DNA of 64,000 bases from Coniocarpon cinnabarinum (Eukaryota), in the NCBI GenBank assembly GCA_051942205.1, contig JAVECO010000048.1:62001-126000 (forward strand), given 5' to 3'. The translations under genes were made by a program, and so were the position numbers. This document shows positions 23,950 to 36,094 of this stretch, piece after piece (within the stretch, counting starts at the first letter, position 1; each line of letters opens with the position of its first letter). The notes below the pieces were generated by a model, which saw only the letters and a program-made list of their open reading frames with translations, did no database searches and was not told the origin of the DNA.

Positions 23950-24415
23950 AGCCACTTTACTGGGATAGCGGAGTTGGGAGTAGAGGCCAGCGGGACGGCT
24001 TGAGGATTTGCAAAGGCATTGGCCATTCGCTTGGGGTTGTGATGGGCTGCGGCGGGTTGGATAGCATTTTGTAGACATACCCTGGTAATGTCGGATCCCC
24101 AACACCGTCATTGTGTTACTTGGAAATGCGTTGCCTGTTTAGGAAACACGGTATGCTTGCTGCCGCGCTGAGCGAAGGCTAATGATCTCCCTCGTTTTGA
24201 ATTTTGGGCAAAGTCACGCTTTACGCCTTACTCTTCCTGCTGCATCAACCTCCACGCCGCTGCAGTCCTCTACACCCTACGACCTCATCCACATTCCGTT
24301 CAAGTCGTGTCCTTTGCTAGTCAGCCTTAGATTGTCGTCCTCAACGCAGCCGGGACCGGTGGTCTTCCGCCAGGCGCCTCACGGAGACGCGTCTACGCGT
24401 CTTCCCTCCTCCGCA

Positions 24416-27004
24416 ATGGCGTCACGAAAGCGCCGACACGAACAGATCTCCAATGATGCACGCCCCACGACGCCAGTGGAGCCACCTTCGCTCCTGAAAC
24501 GCATCCGCAACGCTTGGCAGTTTGCGTGCTTGATGCAATTCATTCAGTTCTTTGGTTCGGCTCTCAAGATCGACAACGAGCTGGACGTCGACATGCTGGA
24601 AGAAGAGTGTTTGAAGCCTAATTCAGAGAAGCTTGCAAATCTCGCCTTGACCTTGCTCAAATGGGTGTCATCACACCGCGGACTCACTCTGGACATATTT
24701 GATGAGTACACACGGAGACAATATCTGGCGAAAGCTCCCCATCTGAACCCTTTCGGCGAAGAGGAAGACGCGCTGAAGTTCTCGGAGATGGATATTCTTA
24801 CAAAGCTCAAAGTCTTGCATCAATTGTCCGTCTGGACGCTCCACAACCCTGACCGGATACGAGAGCGCATGTCTGAGTCAACTGACAAGGAACAAGTGCA
24901 GTGGCGCCTTGAGCCTTTTGGTGACGATCGAGATGGGCGTCATTACTACCTTCTTGATGACAATCGCCTGTACAGGATGACTGATCCTCCTGCTGCCAAG
25001 CCACCAACAAAGAAAGTAAAAGCAAAGCCCAAGCCCAAGACACCCGGCAGTCGCGCCAGCAAACGGCAAAAGATCATCTCAGATACGGAGGCTGACGAGG
25101 AGGCAAATGACGAGAACGGCAAAGACGACGAGCAGACCGATGACAGCCTTGGGGGAGCAAATTGGGAATGTGTGGCGGTGACACTGGATGAATACCGAGG
25201 CATAATTGATAAGTTTCGCAAAAGCAAGAATGCTGATGAAAAAGACATGGTCATGGTCCTTGAAGATCAAGCTATGCCAGAGCTACTCAAAGCAGAAGAG
25301 TCGAAGGCCCGCAAAGAGCAGAAGCGACAACGAGATCTGGAGAACCTGCAGAAGATGGCGACCGCCAAACGTTCTAGTCGTCTGGCGGACAAACAGGAGA
25401 AGCAGCGACAAGAAGATGAAGCGAAGGCCACGGAGCTCAGGCGTCAGCAAGAGCTGGACATGGCACACAAGGAGCAAGAACGGCAAATGAAAGCAGAGAA
25501 AGACCGCGAGTCACGAATGATGACGCGCGAGCAACGCATCCGCGATCGGGAGATGCGTCGCATACTCCATGAAGAAGAGCTGTCCAAGCTCCAGGAGCGA
25601 AGCCAAAGCGTTGACAGCAGCGAAGCAGCACGCATGTCTGAGCGCACACGAACGAACATGCTAGAGAAGAAGCAGAAAGACTTGGAGAGGCTTAAGGAGG
25701 AAGAGCAAGATGATTGGGAATTCGACTGCGAGATCTGCGGTGTTCACGGCACAAACGTTGACGACGGTAGCCACAGCGTCGCGTGTGACAAGTGTGGCGT
25801 GTGGCAGCACAGCAAGTGCAACAAGATTACTCCTCAACAGGCGGATCAAGATGACTTCAAATTCGTCTGTCTCCGCTGCCAGAAACCCAAGACCAACATC
25901 AAGCTCAAGCTGAAGAACGAGGCCTCGCCTGCCGAGGAAGTTAATCAGCCAATTACCGCAAAGCCTGCTGTTCAGGTCTCGCAAGGTACCTCTTCATCCA
26001 GTCCGCCCATGGGTGTCTTCAAACCAACGCCGGCTGCACCGACGGCAAAGCCACTGTATGTTAACGGCATCGGCCAATTGCCACCAAGCCCATCCAAGCC
26101 ACCTCCTTTAGTCAATCCGTACACCAACCCTCCTCAAATGCCAAACGGTCATGTCAAGAAACAGAGCCATTCGACCGGCACGAATGGACCTTTGCATAAT
26201 CTACAAGCTCCTCCGCAGATGTTCAACCCTTACCCTTCTCAACAACATCATCCTCAGACGCGTGAGTCCCCTGCATCTTCTCAGCCCCGGCCTACATCTT
26301 CGAGCTCCTCGAACATGCCAAATGGCGCATACACCTCGCACACACCCCCACAACAGCCGCCTCACTATTCGCAAGCGACCCAACCTCCCATGACAAATGG
26401 CATCACACCGAGCCATCAGTCGACATTCACATCACCTCCTCATCACGCACCCATGCCCTCCCTCTCTGCAACTCAAGGCAACACGTCCCTCCGCTTTTCA
26501 CCCGCTGCTCAACCTCCACCTTCACCAAGTCGACATCTCGGCTCCACAAACCTCGCCAACAGCCCCGGCGCCGCTCACGCTTATAGTCCCAACACTGCGA
26601 AGCCCCAGCTGAGTGCTGCAAGCCCCGTCAAGCACGCCAGCCCGCCTTCAAGCTTTGTCTCAAACCCAGCCTCGAGCTTGAGCAATACTGCTGGTCCACC
26701 CGGGTCGCCTACTAAAGCAAATCTACAGCTGCCGCCACAGACGCAGACACCGGGACATGCACACCCTATGGGACTTGATGGTGCGGTTCCAACACTGAGC
26801 CCAAGCGTGAATGCACATGCTTCGAACGCGGTTCCGACGAAGAAACCGACGCCTGTGAAGGGTCCGTCGTTTTTGGGATCGCCACCGCAGCCGATTGGCA
26901 TGGCGCAGATGAATGGGTCGCTTGGCCAACAGCAGGACGTGAGTATGGTTAATGGTGTTGTTGATCGTAATGATCGGCCTGCGCAAAATCCGCAGGGATC
27001 GTAG
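24416..27004 (+). CDS. PHD-finger chromatin protein with DDT/WHIM-like N-terminal region
   Basis: Probable start MASRKRR (NLS-like). WRLEPFGDDRDGRHYYLLDDNRLYR is WHIM-like, followed by a coiled coil, the PHD CEIC..CDKCGVWQHSKC..CLRC and a Pro/Ser-rich tail. Confidence 0.88.
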   Translation: MASRKRRHEQISNDARPTTPVEPPSLLKRIRNAWQFACLMQFIQFFGSALKIDNELDVDMLEEECLKPNSEKLANLALTLLKWVSSHRGLTLDIFDEYTRRQYLAKAPHLNPFGEEEDALKFSEMDILTKLKVLHQLSVWTLHNPDRIRERMSESTDKEQVQWRLEPFGDDRDGRHYYLLDDNRLYRMTDPPAAKPPTKKVKAKPKPKTPGSRASKRQKIISDTEADEEANDENGKDDEQTDDSLGGANWECVAVTLDEYRGIIDKFRKSKNADEKDMVMVLEDQAMPELLKAEESKARKEQKRQRDLENLQKMATAKRSSRLADKQEKQRQEDEAKATELRRQQELDMAHKEQERQMKAEKDRESRMMTREQRIRDREMRRILHEEELSKLQERSQSVDSSEAARMSERTRTNMLEKKQKDLERLKEEEQDDWEFDCEICGVHGTNVDDGSHSVACDKCGVWQHSKCNKITPQQADQDDFKFVCLRCQKPKTNIKLKLKNEASPAEEVNQPITAKPAVQVSQGTSSSSPPMGVFKPTPAAPTAKPLYVNGIGQLPPSPSKPPPLVNPYTNPPQMPNGHVKKQSHSTGTNGPLHNLQAPPQMFNPYPSQQHHPQTRESPASSQPRPTSSSSSNMPNGAYTSHTPPQQPPHYSQATQPPMTNGITPSHQSTFTSPPHHAPMPSLSATQGNTSLRFSPAAQPPPSPSRHLGSTNLANSPGAAHAYSPNTAKPQLSAASPVKHASPPSSFVSNPASSLSNTAGPPGSPTKANLQLPPQTQTPGHAHPMGLDGAVPTLSPSVNAHASNAVPTKKPTPVKGPSFLGSPPQPIGMAQMNGSLGQQQDVSMVNGVVDRNDRPAQNPQGS

Positions 27005-28884
27005 GGTGATTCGCTGAGAGCGGTGCTGGCGCAAATGTCGCCTTCTAAATTGCCCGGCTGGAAGTGGAATTGAGCATGAGTCTTGATTGCATATTGGCAT
27101 TTTGGGCCAACATCAGCGTTCCACAGGGTTGCGAGGATGATGCGGTGATTCTATTGACACTCTTGGTCGGGCTTGATTATCCATCGATGCTTGATGATGA
27201 TGATGGTGGGCATTGAATGTGGAAGGGCAATCAGGAGACCTCTGTACGATCGCAAAGTCTTTGCATTGAATAGAGCTCGACGTGGCATATCTAGCGTTAG
27301 GCCTGACTTCTTCTCCAACCTTTCTGTCTGTTTCCTCTCTGTGGTGAACTTGATGCTGAAGGCACTTACAGCCAATGCTTCACAACTCATGCTTGTATAT
27401 CTTGCAGAGTGTCACACTTAGACTTCTTGGCTACATACTGATGGATAAGCATTGGGTTCCTCCGTCTCTCGCTCGTGCATCTTTCGCACTCGATCTATTG
27501 ATCTAGCTCTCGCGTGATTCAACTCAGCGCACGAATCGCCTTTGCCCATCTCACTCAATTGGAAGACAACCCTAGCCACTCATTTCTGTCAACAGCTTTG
27601 TTTTTGCTGGAAAAGCGCACTTGCTTTTAGATCATTACACGTCGCGTTCCGTTCACCTCCTTCAATGTGCTATTCTTCTCACGTCGCCGGTCTTCTCACG
27701 TTACAATCCCCCATGATTGTGCATGCCTCCCCTTCACTAGTCTCATAATTCGTCTTTGCCTTCTACATGATTTTCCTGCGTCTAAGCAAGAAGCTGAAAT
27801 GATACTGCATCGCTCCCACTTGCAGTTACTGTGCTGCTCGCTATGGAATAGTAATTGTGTCATCGAAAGTTTACAATTCGTCCATTCACCATCATCAGTA
27901 CGGGACCGGGACGCCATCGCAACCCACACATACACTATGAAGTCTATTCATTTCCTTGACTCGCGTCTGGTCTCGAGTACGCCCATGACTTACTGAGCGC
28001 TTGCTCGCTCGCTCATTTCCACGATTGAGAAGAGCGATCTTCTGATCTGCGCGACGCGATGAGGACATGTACGAAAGTCAATCGAAGACAGCCTAATACT
28101 TGAAATGAAGCAGATGGGCGCAATCTCCTCCTCGACGGTCCATAGACGGAGAAGAGGCTGCTGGTACATCATTCCCGAGCACTTGCGGGTATGTTCCGTC
28201 ATTGGTGCGTCTGAGCTGCTGCATCGACCTTGTTCGATGGTTCGGCCTTCGCGCAGTATGGTTGGGAAGAGATAAAGGAAGGGGATAGTGAGGATGAGCA
28301 CAGAGAGAATGAATTCAGGAATGTGTTTATCATTGACATAGAGCTGGGTGCTTCGATACGAGTGATTCCAGGTCGGATTGCGGTAATCTTCTTGCATCGT
28401 CATTGAAGCACGCGAAGAAGTGACAGATTTGCAGACTCGATTTAGTAGCTGGGGTAGAGAGTAGACATGAAGGTGGGCGTCTTCGACGCATGGCTACACA
28501 ACTCTGTAGTGATCATGTTGACGCTTGTGCAAGACGTTTATTATTCTTGCTAGTCTTCAACAATGCATATCAAAGATGATACGGGGTGGTTTTTCTTACA
28601 TCTTATTTACTTGTTTGACCGTTTACCTAATGTATCAAGAAGTGGCTAAGAGACTAAGAGCTCGAGCGCTAACGCTGAAGCTTTGGGTTGAGCCAGAATA
28701 CAGCGTGACGTCAGAGTCCTTACCCATTGCCGTATTCAAAGAAGCTTATACTAAGCTTGTACAGCGAGAGTGCTTTGGCTTCGGAAGGTTCGGAAGAGTT
28801 TGACATCCACATTCGTATATAGAAACGTGCAACTCAGCCAAGGCAAAACAAACAAAGCAAGGACTCGATTTGTGTGAGAGCATC

Positions 28885-29818
28885 ATGGATAGCAAGCCGC
28901 CTACGATCGACCTGTACACGTCGGGGACACCCAATGGGCAAAAAGCCTCCTGTCTACTGCACGAGCTGAATCTGCCTTACAACCTGCATGCCATTAGCCT
29001 TTCCAAGAACGAGCAAAAAGAACCGGAATTCTTGGCGATCAATCCAAATGGTCGCATACCTGCCATCGTTGACAAGACTGACGTCCCATCTGGACGACGA
29101 CTCTTCGAAAGTGGCGCGTTAATGCTCTATCTGTGCGAGAAGTACGACAAGCAGCATAGGCTCTCATTTGCGTATGGTACGGACGAATACTGGGAGATGC
29201 TCAGTTGGGTATTTTGGATGAACGCTGGTGTCGGACCTGTATACGATTCTTGCTCTCGCTTCCGCGACCTCGGCAAATGACCTGCTGATCATGGGCTAGA
29301 TGCAAGGGCAGGCGAATCACTTCTATCGCTACGCCCCAGAGAAAGTTCAGTACGGGATCAACCGTTATCAAACTGAAACGCGACGGCTCTATCAGGTGCT
29401 GGAAGACCGCTTGTCGCAGCAGGAGTCATCAGGTCACGGCTTGTGGCTGCTGGGAGCAAAGTTCACCATCGCTGATTTGTGTACTTTTTGCTGGGTAAAC
29501 TGGGTATGATCCGGAGTGTTATCGAGATTATGAAGAAATCGAGATGAATTGACGTAATTATTGTAGGCTGAATGGGCAGGAATATACGAGTTTGTTCCTC
29601 GAGAGGGTAGCGGGGGAGATGGCGGCAAGTTTAAACATGTGAAGCGATGGCTGGATGTCATCAACTCTCGGCCGGATGTGCAAGCTGGTCTGAATGTCCC
29701 GAGCAAATTCGAGATGAAGGAGGCAATGCAGGACAAGGAGAGTGAGGAGGCGTATGCGAGGATGCATTCCAATTGGGTGATGCAAGGCCAAAAAGACGAG
29801 CAGGCAAAACATGTGTGA
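28885..29818 (+). CDS. Glutathione S-transferase (Ure2p/GST-II-like)
   Basis: GTPNGQK, INPNGRIPAIVD, FESGA and MQGQANHFYRYAPEK motifs. Introns 29239-29299 and 29504-29566. Confidence 0.95.
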
Positions 29819-31167
29819 CCAAACCTGGGGCAACACTGTTCAACGGACATGTGACGAGAATTCCATGCTATTAGAGTTTCCGCCAGATGGTCGCAAGGGT
29901 GTGAAATGTAGATAACCCATGAATCACGAGGCGAGCAGTGGTTCGCGTTGCCGTTCTCTAATGAAATGCTGGCAGACATGAGCTTGCTCGCTGCATGGGT
30001 GCAGATATTCTGATGGCTGTTTGGAATTAGTGGAGGGCGGGTCGCAACGAGAAGGTTTAAATCAATTTAGCATGCAAACCGTGGCACCTTCTGATACAGA
30101 GTCGGAGGATTTTGATACTTGTTGTGCAAAAACCGGAACTAAACGAGGAGAATTAGCGTGACGAGCATAGAGAAGACGGTTCTGCTATTTCGAGCAACTC
30201 CTGAACTCCCGGATAGTCGCGAAAGATGGGATGGCTGTACGAGAACGAGGACCGAGCACACCGACTAAGCGAGCATGGAGTTGGTACGCTAAGTCGGGGA
30301 AGGCGAACCTAAATCTAATGGGCACTCTCTACTGTTAACGCGGCGTGGCGGGCCGCCTGCATGATACGATGGACGACAAAACAGCTGTTGGGGGCGAACC
30401 CACCGTGAGAAAAGATCTGCCTTCGTCATTGACCTTCTGCTGCCCTCGCGTGATGCAATGATCCACCGCCAAAGCTGCTGAGGCTGTGTTTAGCGTGATG
30501 CATCAGATGAAACTTATATTGGTGGAGTGCACAGTGACACATCTTAAGCCTGGGTTAGGGGCACTTGGCCGAGCGACACCTCCAAGCGCCTGCATGGAAA
30601 CCGCCACAGGGAAGGTCCTAGCTTAGAACAGGGTCGATATCAGGATCCAGAAAATCGTGGGCGCGTTGCAATCGTGAATCTAGACAGCGGCTAGGCATTT
30701 GGTGACTTCTGGCAAAGATAGAACGAGCCATCGTTGTTGACAGTCTGTATACGAGCGAGCAGTCTCGATTCGAGGGTAGGGCTGGTTCGCCCTGGGCTGG
30801 GGCAGAAGAACCACGGGTCGACCGTAAAAGCAGTTTCTAAGAAAGGGGGCTACGAATGGTCCAATAGGCTTGCCGGGGAAATGAGCGACGCACACCTCTG
30901 GCGCTAGTCCACTACTATTGTTGCTATAGTGGACTTCGTTCAGGTGGTCAGATGGGTGTGAACAGCGGCAGCGGCCCCAGCGGAAACCCAATATTGCACC
31001 CATGGATGCAAGATGCAGATCAGGCCGTCGAGCGTGGTTGGTGTCTTTATAACGCTGCAGGCGGATCATCCTCCCTGCCTGACTCCACTCCGCCCGGATT
31101 GAGTCGCCCGTGTGTGACGCGCCTGCGTGCAAGTCGAGGCGAAGGGCGAGCACCGACCAGACGCAGC

Positions 31168-31195
31168 GCCATCGCCATCGCCATCGCCATCGCCA
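31168..31195. repeat. (GCCATC)n hexanucleotide microsatellite, ~4.5 copies
   Basis: gccatcgccatcgccatcgccatcgcca. Confidence 0.85.
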
Positions 31196-32864
31196 GCGCC
31201 CTCATCATCTTGCTCGTCGGCGTGAGTCGAGGGAGCAATGCAGAGGGCGCCCGGGTGGTGCTCCGATGCTGTATGCGACCATTCTCTAGCGCCGTCGCCA
31301 CGGCCCAGCAGAGCTCCCCTGTCCTGCATCGAGCACCGCGCGATCGGGCTCTCTGCAAACAGACGCCGGCGTGGCACGTCAATGGGGAACTGCTCGCGTC
31401 GCACACGCACGGCCGCTCAGATCTGACAGGTCCCCTCGCCCGCTGCTGATTGGCGCCGCCGCGCGACAATCGTGCGCCCGTTAAGCAGCCTCCTGAGTGA
31501 ACCGGGGAACTGGAAATGCAAGTCACCTGTCCCACCGTCCCTCATCACCGCATCCACCGTGCATGTGTATCATCACCACTGGCGGTCTTGGCTCGCGAAT
31601 GTTCCAAAGCCTTGATGGCCTTGCCCAGGACCGGGTCTGCTCCCAGAAGCGTAGGAGGTAGCAGCGAGCCTTCTCCCATTCGTAGCGCGCACCCCATCAT
31701 GCAGCCAACCGAGGCATCGATTCCAATGCCGTGGTAGCCATGTGCGAATGCTGGTGTCCTTCCCCCTCCACGAGTGATCGGCGGAAGCCCCCCAAGGGCG
31801 CAGAATCCGACGCAGAATCCGGAATGTGGGGGCCTCTCAAAGTGATGCTTCTGAACAGGAATGCATCAATCTCGGAGCCACTACTTCTGCAGGGAGGTAA
31901 TTGGTCTCTGCAAGCCACCGTCGTGCATCATCTGCCGCTCACAACCACACTTTGGAGTGGCCGAAGCCATTCAAACTCTCTTCATCTGTGGCTCCTTTCT
32001 CGCCTGACGAGCCACGTCTTCGCCGCTAGCATTTTCAAGCCGTCGGCGCTTTTGACAGGTTTGGACACCGGCGCGCGTGCAGCGGACAGCGCAGGGTCAT
32101 TCGACCTTTCTGCCGTATCTGGTCGTGCGCCAGAATGCACAGCGTATTTGAGCTTGTGCCTGTCCAACCTTGTAGCAGACTCCTCTGAGTCCACACAGGT
32201 GTTTCTTCTGACCTTCGTCTGCACCCGTCTCATTGCGCATAGTTTCCGCTTGCCAATCATATGTCTTCAGTGGGTGCAATTTGGTGAAATAAAGCCAGTT
32301 TCCGCATTCGTTGGTGTTTCCCAAAGCGTCCAGGTCTCAAAGCATTCAATCGGCTCGACCAGGCTCTGAATCCGGACAATCGAGGGTACATAAGCTATCT
32401 GGCAGCCAAACAAAGCCAGCTCATGGTGAAGCTCTTCTCAGCTTGATCGCACTACGACATCCTTCATTTGTCAAACATCATTGCGCAAGCAAGCCCAAAG
32501 AGTCTTCAGATCGCCTCGCGGCTGGTTTCCTTTGCCAAAAGGCAATCATTGCCTGCTCTGGACTCTGGTGAGAAAGAAAGTTACGCGTCTGCAGTCCGCG
32601 CTCGCGTCGACCCTAGAGACGGGTACGTGCAACATGATGTGGCTCCAACTGCAGGATAGCAAATAAATCCAAGCGCCTGGATGCTACGCGGGTGGATCCT
32701 TCTCCCAATTGAAAAGCTGACAACCCTCCCAGAAAGTCTTTGCGCCGGGATTGTCCATGCTCCGGGAACTTTGGCTACTGATTGGAACAGCTTCTAGTAT
32801 TTTCAGGCATCTCGGCTGCAGAGCCAATCAGCGGTGTTGACAGGCACATTCCTTGCGTGTTGCA

Positions 32865-34443
32865 ATGACAACAGCGGTTATGCAGCAACGATCTCCACCA
32901 ACTCCTCCTTCGAATGAGCTTCAATATGGCTTGCATCACGTTGCCAGACACAATGCCCAGTCGCCCTTGCAAGGGGACTGGAGAGCGGCTACAGACGGCT
33001 ATTCGCACAATGTTCAATCGCCACAAGATGGCTTTGGATCCTCGGGATTGATCCAGCAGTCTGCTGATCCGTTCATCGGCGAACCATATGGTGACGACCA
33101 TTATTCTTCGCATCCAACATCGGCCACGATCGGTCTCGCAGACGCTTACTCCGGATACGATACCCAACAAGTTTACTTGCCTTCTTCAGAATCCAATGCT
33201 CTCGTAGGCAGTCCGGTTGGTTGCTCAGAGGCACACAAGGATCAACAATGTAGCGCTGACTGAATTTTGGTAGTACATCAACCCTCCAGGTGCGATTCCG
33301 ATGACACCTCCATCAGACTCTAGCGTGGGCGTGCGAACAAGGAGTGGTCGCTCTGCAGCCCGTTCGGATTCCCCTTCAATTCTCGGAAGCCACAGCAACG
33401 CGCGTGTGGCTAAATCCAGGCCCAAAAAAACAAAGTCGAAGAAAGCTGTCAGCGACAAAACACCCAAGCTTGACGCGCCTCTGAGCGAGCTGACTAAGGA
33501 CATGGAGGTCAAGACAAGAGACATGGTGGCGTGGGTCAATAGGTCCGACGAAGAGAGACACGCTGAGACTGAGAAGCGTAATGGCTACATCACTCGCCCT
33601 ATGAATGCGTTCATGCTATACCGGTCTGCGTATGCGGAGAGGACGAAGCAATGGTGTTTGCAGAACAACCATCAGGTGGTGTCTTCGGTCTCTGGTGAGA
33701 GCTGGCCCATGGAGCCCGAAAGCGTCCGAGACCATTTCAACAACTTGGCCAAGATTGAGAGAGAAAACCATGCTCGAGCTCATCCCAATTACAAGTTCTC
33801 CCCAAGCAAGACGCCAGCCACCACCAAAAAGAAGCGCAATGAGGAGTCCGATGAGGACCAAGAGGACAGTTGGACGGACTCTGGCGATCCAGACTCAGAG
33901 TGGCGGCCCAAGAATGATCGATCCGGGCAGGGCAGGTCGCGACGTCTTGTGAGAGAAGCCGACTATCCAGCAGCTCACGGTCCTACATCAAATCCTGCAT
34001 TTGAGCACCTCCCTTACGCATTTGACCAGGAATTCCTGAATGCGTACGCCTGGAACGGGTCAGGAAGAGTTCCGTCCTACGGCTTTGATCACTATGACCA
34101 ATTCGATTCGCAACATGCGGCGTTGACCAATCATTCTGATGTCAACTTGCAGCAGCAGCATCACCCATACGCCATATCAGGCTTTGAGACTATTCTGCCG
34201 AGTGGCATGCAGAACATCAGTCCAGACATGATGTTTCATTCAGATGCACACACGGCTGGCGTCGGTGAGAACCAAGTCGATCCGTCGCTGTACAGCAACG
34301 ACCACACTGGCAACATTGAATACAACATGCATGGCGACTCCTTCAAAATCGAGCAAGAGCCTGCCGTGAACCTGTGGGGAGACACGCTGAATCCGTTTGG
34401 GGAAGATGGCTGGGACCAGCTACATGGCTCTGAGCAATTGTAG
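32865..34443 (+). CDS. MATA-type HMG-box transcription factor, probably FMF-1/PaHMG5 (Ste11-like)
   Basis: HMG box ITRPMNAFMLYRSAY...NNHQVVS..SGESWPME...ERENHARAHPNYKFSP. One intron ends at 33273 (GCTGAC..TAG), with the donor at 33171 or ~33205. Confidence 0.85.
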
Positions 34444-35005
34444 GGTAGAGCGTGCAGTGATTGCTCAACACACTGGTCAGTGATCATCTGTAGATAATCA
34501 TGTACATACCATGTAAGGCTGCTTAGTTTCAATAGAAGAGGGGAAAACTTCAATGCACTTCTTCAGTGACACACTGCCTGGTCTCAGAGTCATCCGCTCT
34601 GAGTTACGACGAAGTCCGTTAATGGCCACCTTATAGGTCTTCGCACATTAGCAAGTCCTGGCTTGCGCAGTACGAGGTACGGTTTGACGCGGCTGTGCTC
34701 ATCAAACAGAAGCAATTTGGAAGTAAACACAACGTCGAGGCTCTCAAACGCGTCTCTAGCGCGGAGACAGACGCGGAGTCTATTCCGCTGCTTCCATTGA
34801 GGGACTTTCTGTCTGAGTCATGGCTCATAAATAGATGTATCACCACTCAACTGCCTGTCTACGCTCTCACGCCAGTGGCTCCGTTACAGCTTCTGCACCT
34901 CCAAAGACCTCATCGTGCGCTAGAATCTGGTGCACAAAGCCGTGCCTTTCGCTGCTTCAGGGAAGATGATCACGCAAAAGGCGCGGTGACGTTCAGCACA
35001 CTAGT

Positions 35006-36094
35006 ATGGTATGCGGCACCAAGAACCGCCAGACAGTGCCAAAGATGCTGATAGCGGACGGACAGGGCTGTTGCACGTCTAGGGAAACCCATCCAGCATC
35101 TCTCCCGGCACCGGCAGAGAACGTGGCGCCTTCACGAACCAGTCTTGAAAACGCCGAGGCTACCGGCGTCGTTCCTGAGGTCCCTGTTTCTGATCCGCCT
35201 GCGCGACGAGCGGGTCAACATGGGTCAAATGTCTCGCGAAGGCCCAACGCAAGCCTACGCCCGCCCAAAGCTTGGCGATCAACAAGCAAGACCTGGACAA
35301 GGCAGCAGCTTGACCGCGAGCGTGAGATCTTTTGGGAGACACAGGTCACTGGCAGTCTGCAAGTGTGGGCAGCACTGCGGTTAGTGGTGACCATGATGCA
35401 GGGAATCGAGGCCGGAGGGAACAGGACGTCCGATAACGAACCAGACGTGCAAGGGGCGAAAGCCGTGCTTGATGCCACTGGATGCACCTGTCCCACCGGT
35501 GAGTACTCCTCGAGTGCAACGACTCCCTAGATCCAAGACGATACAACGTTCAGCATCGCGAAGATGTTCCGCAACTTGCGTAGATTTCATCCGCGCCCAG
35601 TTGTTGTCAAGTTATCGCTACTTACACAGGTTTTCTTAGGTCGCATTGGAGAAGGCATCTGGGATGAACAAGGCCGACTGTATAAACTTCCGAGGTGGGT
35701 AATCAGCGATCCCATCAATCTGGTGCAATGCTCTGCCACCGATGAAGAGGACGATGAAATGGCAGATGACGAAGATATTGAAGAGGACGATGAGAATGAC
35801 GGCAAAGATGGTGAAGATCTTCAAGACAATGAGCCGACTGGCCCGCATTCCAGAGCTGCGACTTTGACAGCACGACTCAGCGACCGTGGCACGGACATTA
35901 GGATCATCGTTGACAAAGACCAGCCGGTCAAAGTTGCCTTGAAGCGTGTACAGGCTCAGGCGGGGTTGGAGGCATATGAAAAACTAAGAATGGCGTACAT
36001 GGGTCGCATACTGAAAGATAATGAGTCACTTAATAGCCAAGGCTGGAGGCCTGGACATGTCGTGAACGTCCTTGTATTTAATGCACAGCTTTAA
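35006..36094 (+). CDS. Ubiquitin-domain protein of the UBTD1/DC-UbP family
   Basis: ATG plus intron 35009-35065 gives MGCCTSR. WTRQQLDREREIFWETQVTG and GIWDEQGRLYKLPRWVISDP are present, with a C-terminal Ubl domain. Second intron 35499-35639. Confidence 0.9.

Noticed and set aside
30552..30562. GGGTTAGGG telomere-like word
   Set aside because: It is a single unit, expected by chance.
30680..32369. Several 150-212 aa ORFs upstream of the HMG gene
   Set aside because: They overlap on both strands, mostly lack ATG starts and show no motifs, which fits GC-rich regulatory DNA.
33301..34443. HMG gene as mating-type MAT1-2-1
   Set aside because: The HMG box has no intron, APN2/SLA2 neighbours are absent, and the signature fits the FMF-1/Ste11-like clade better.
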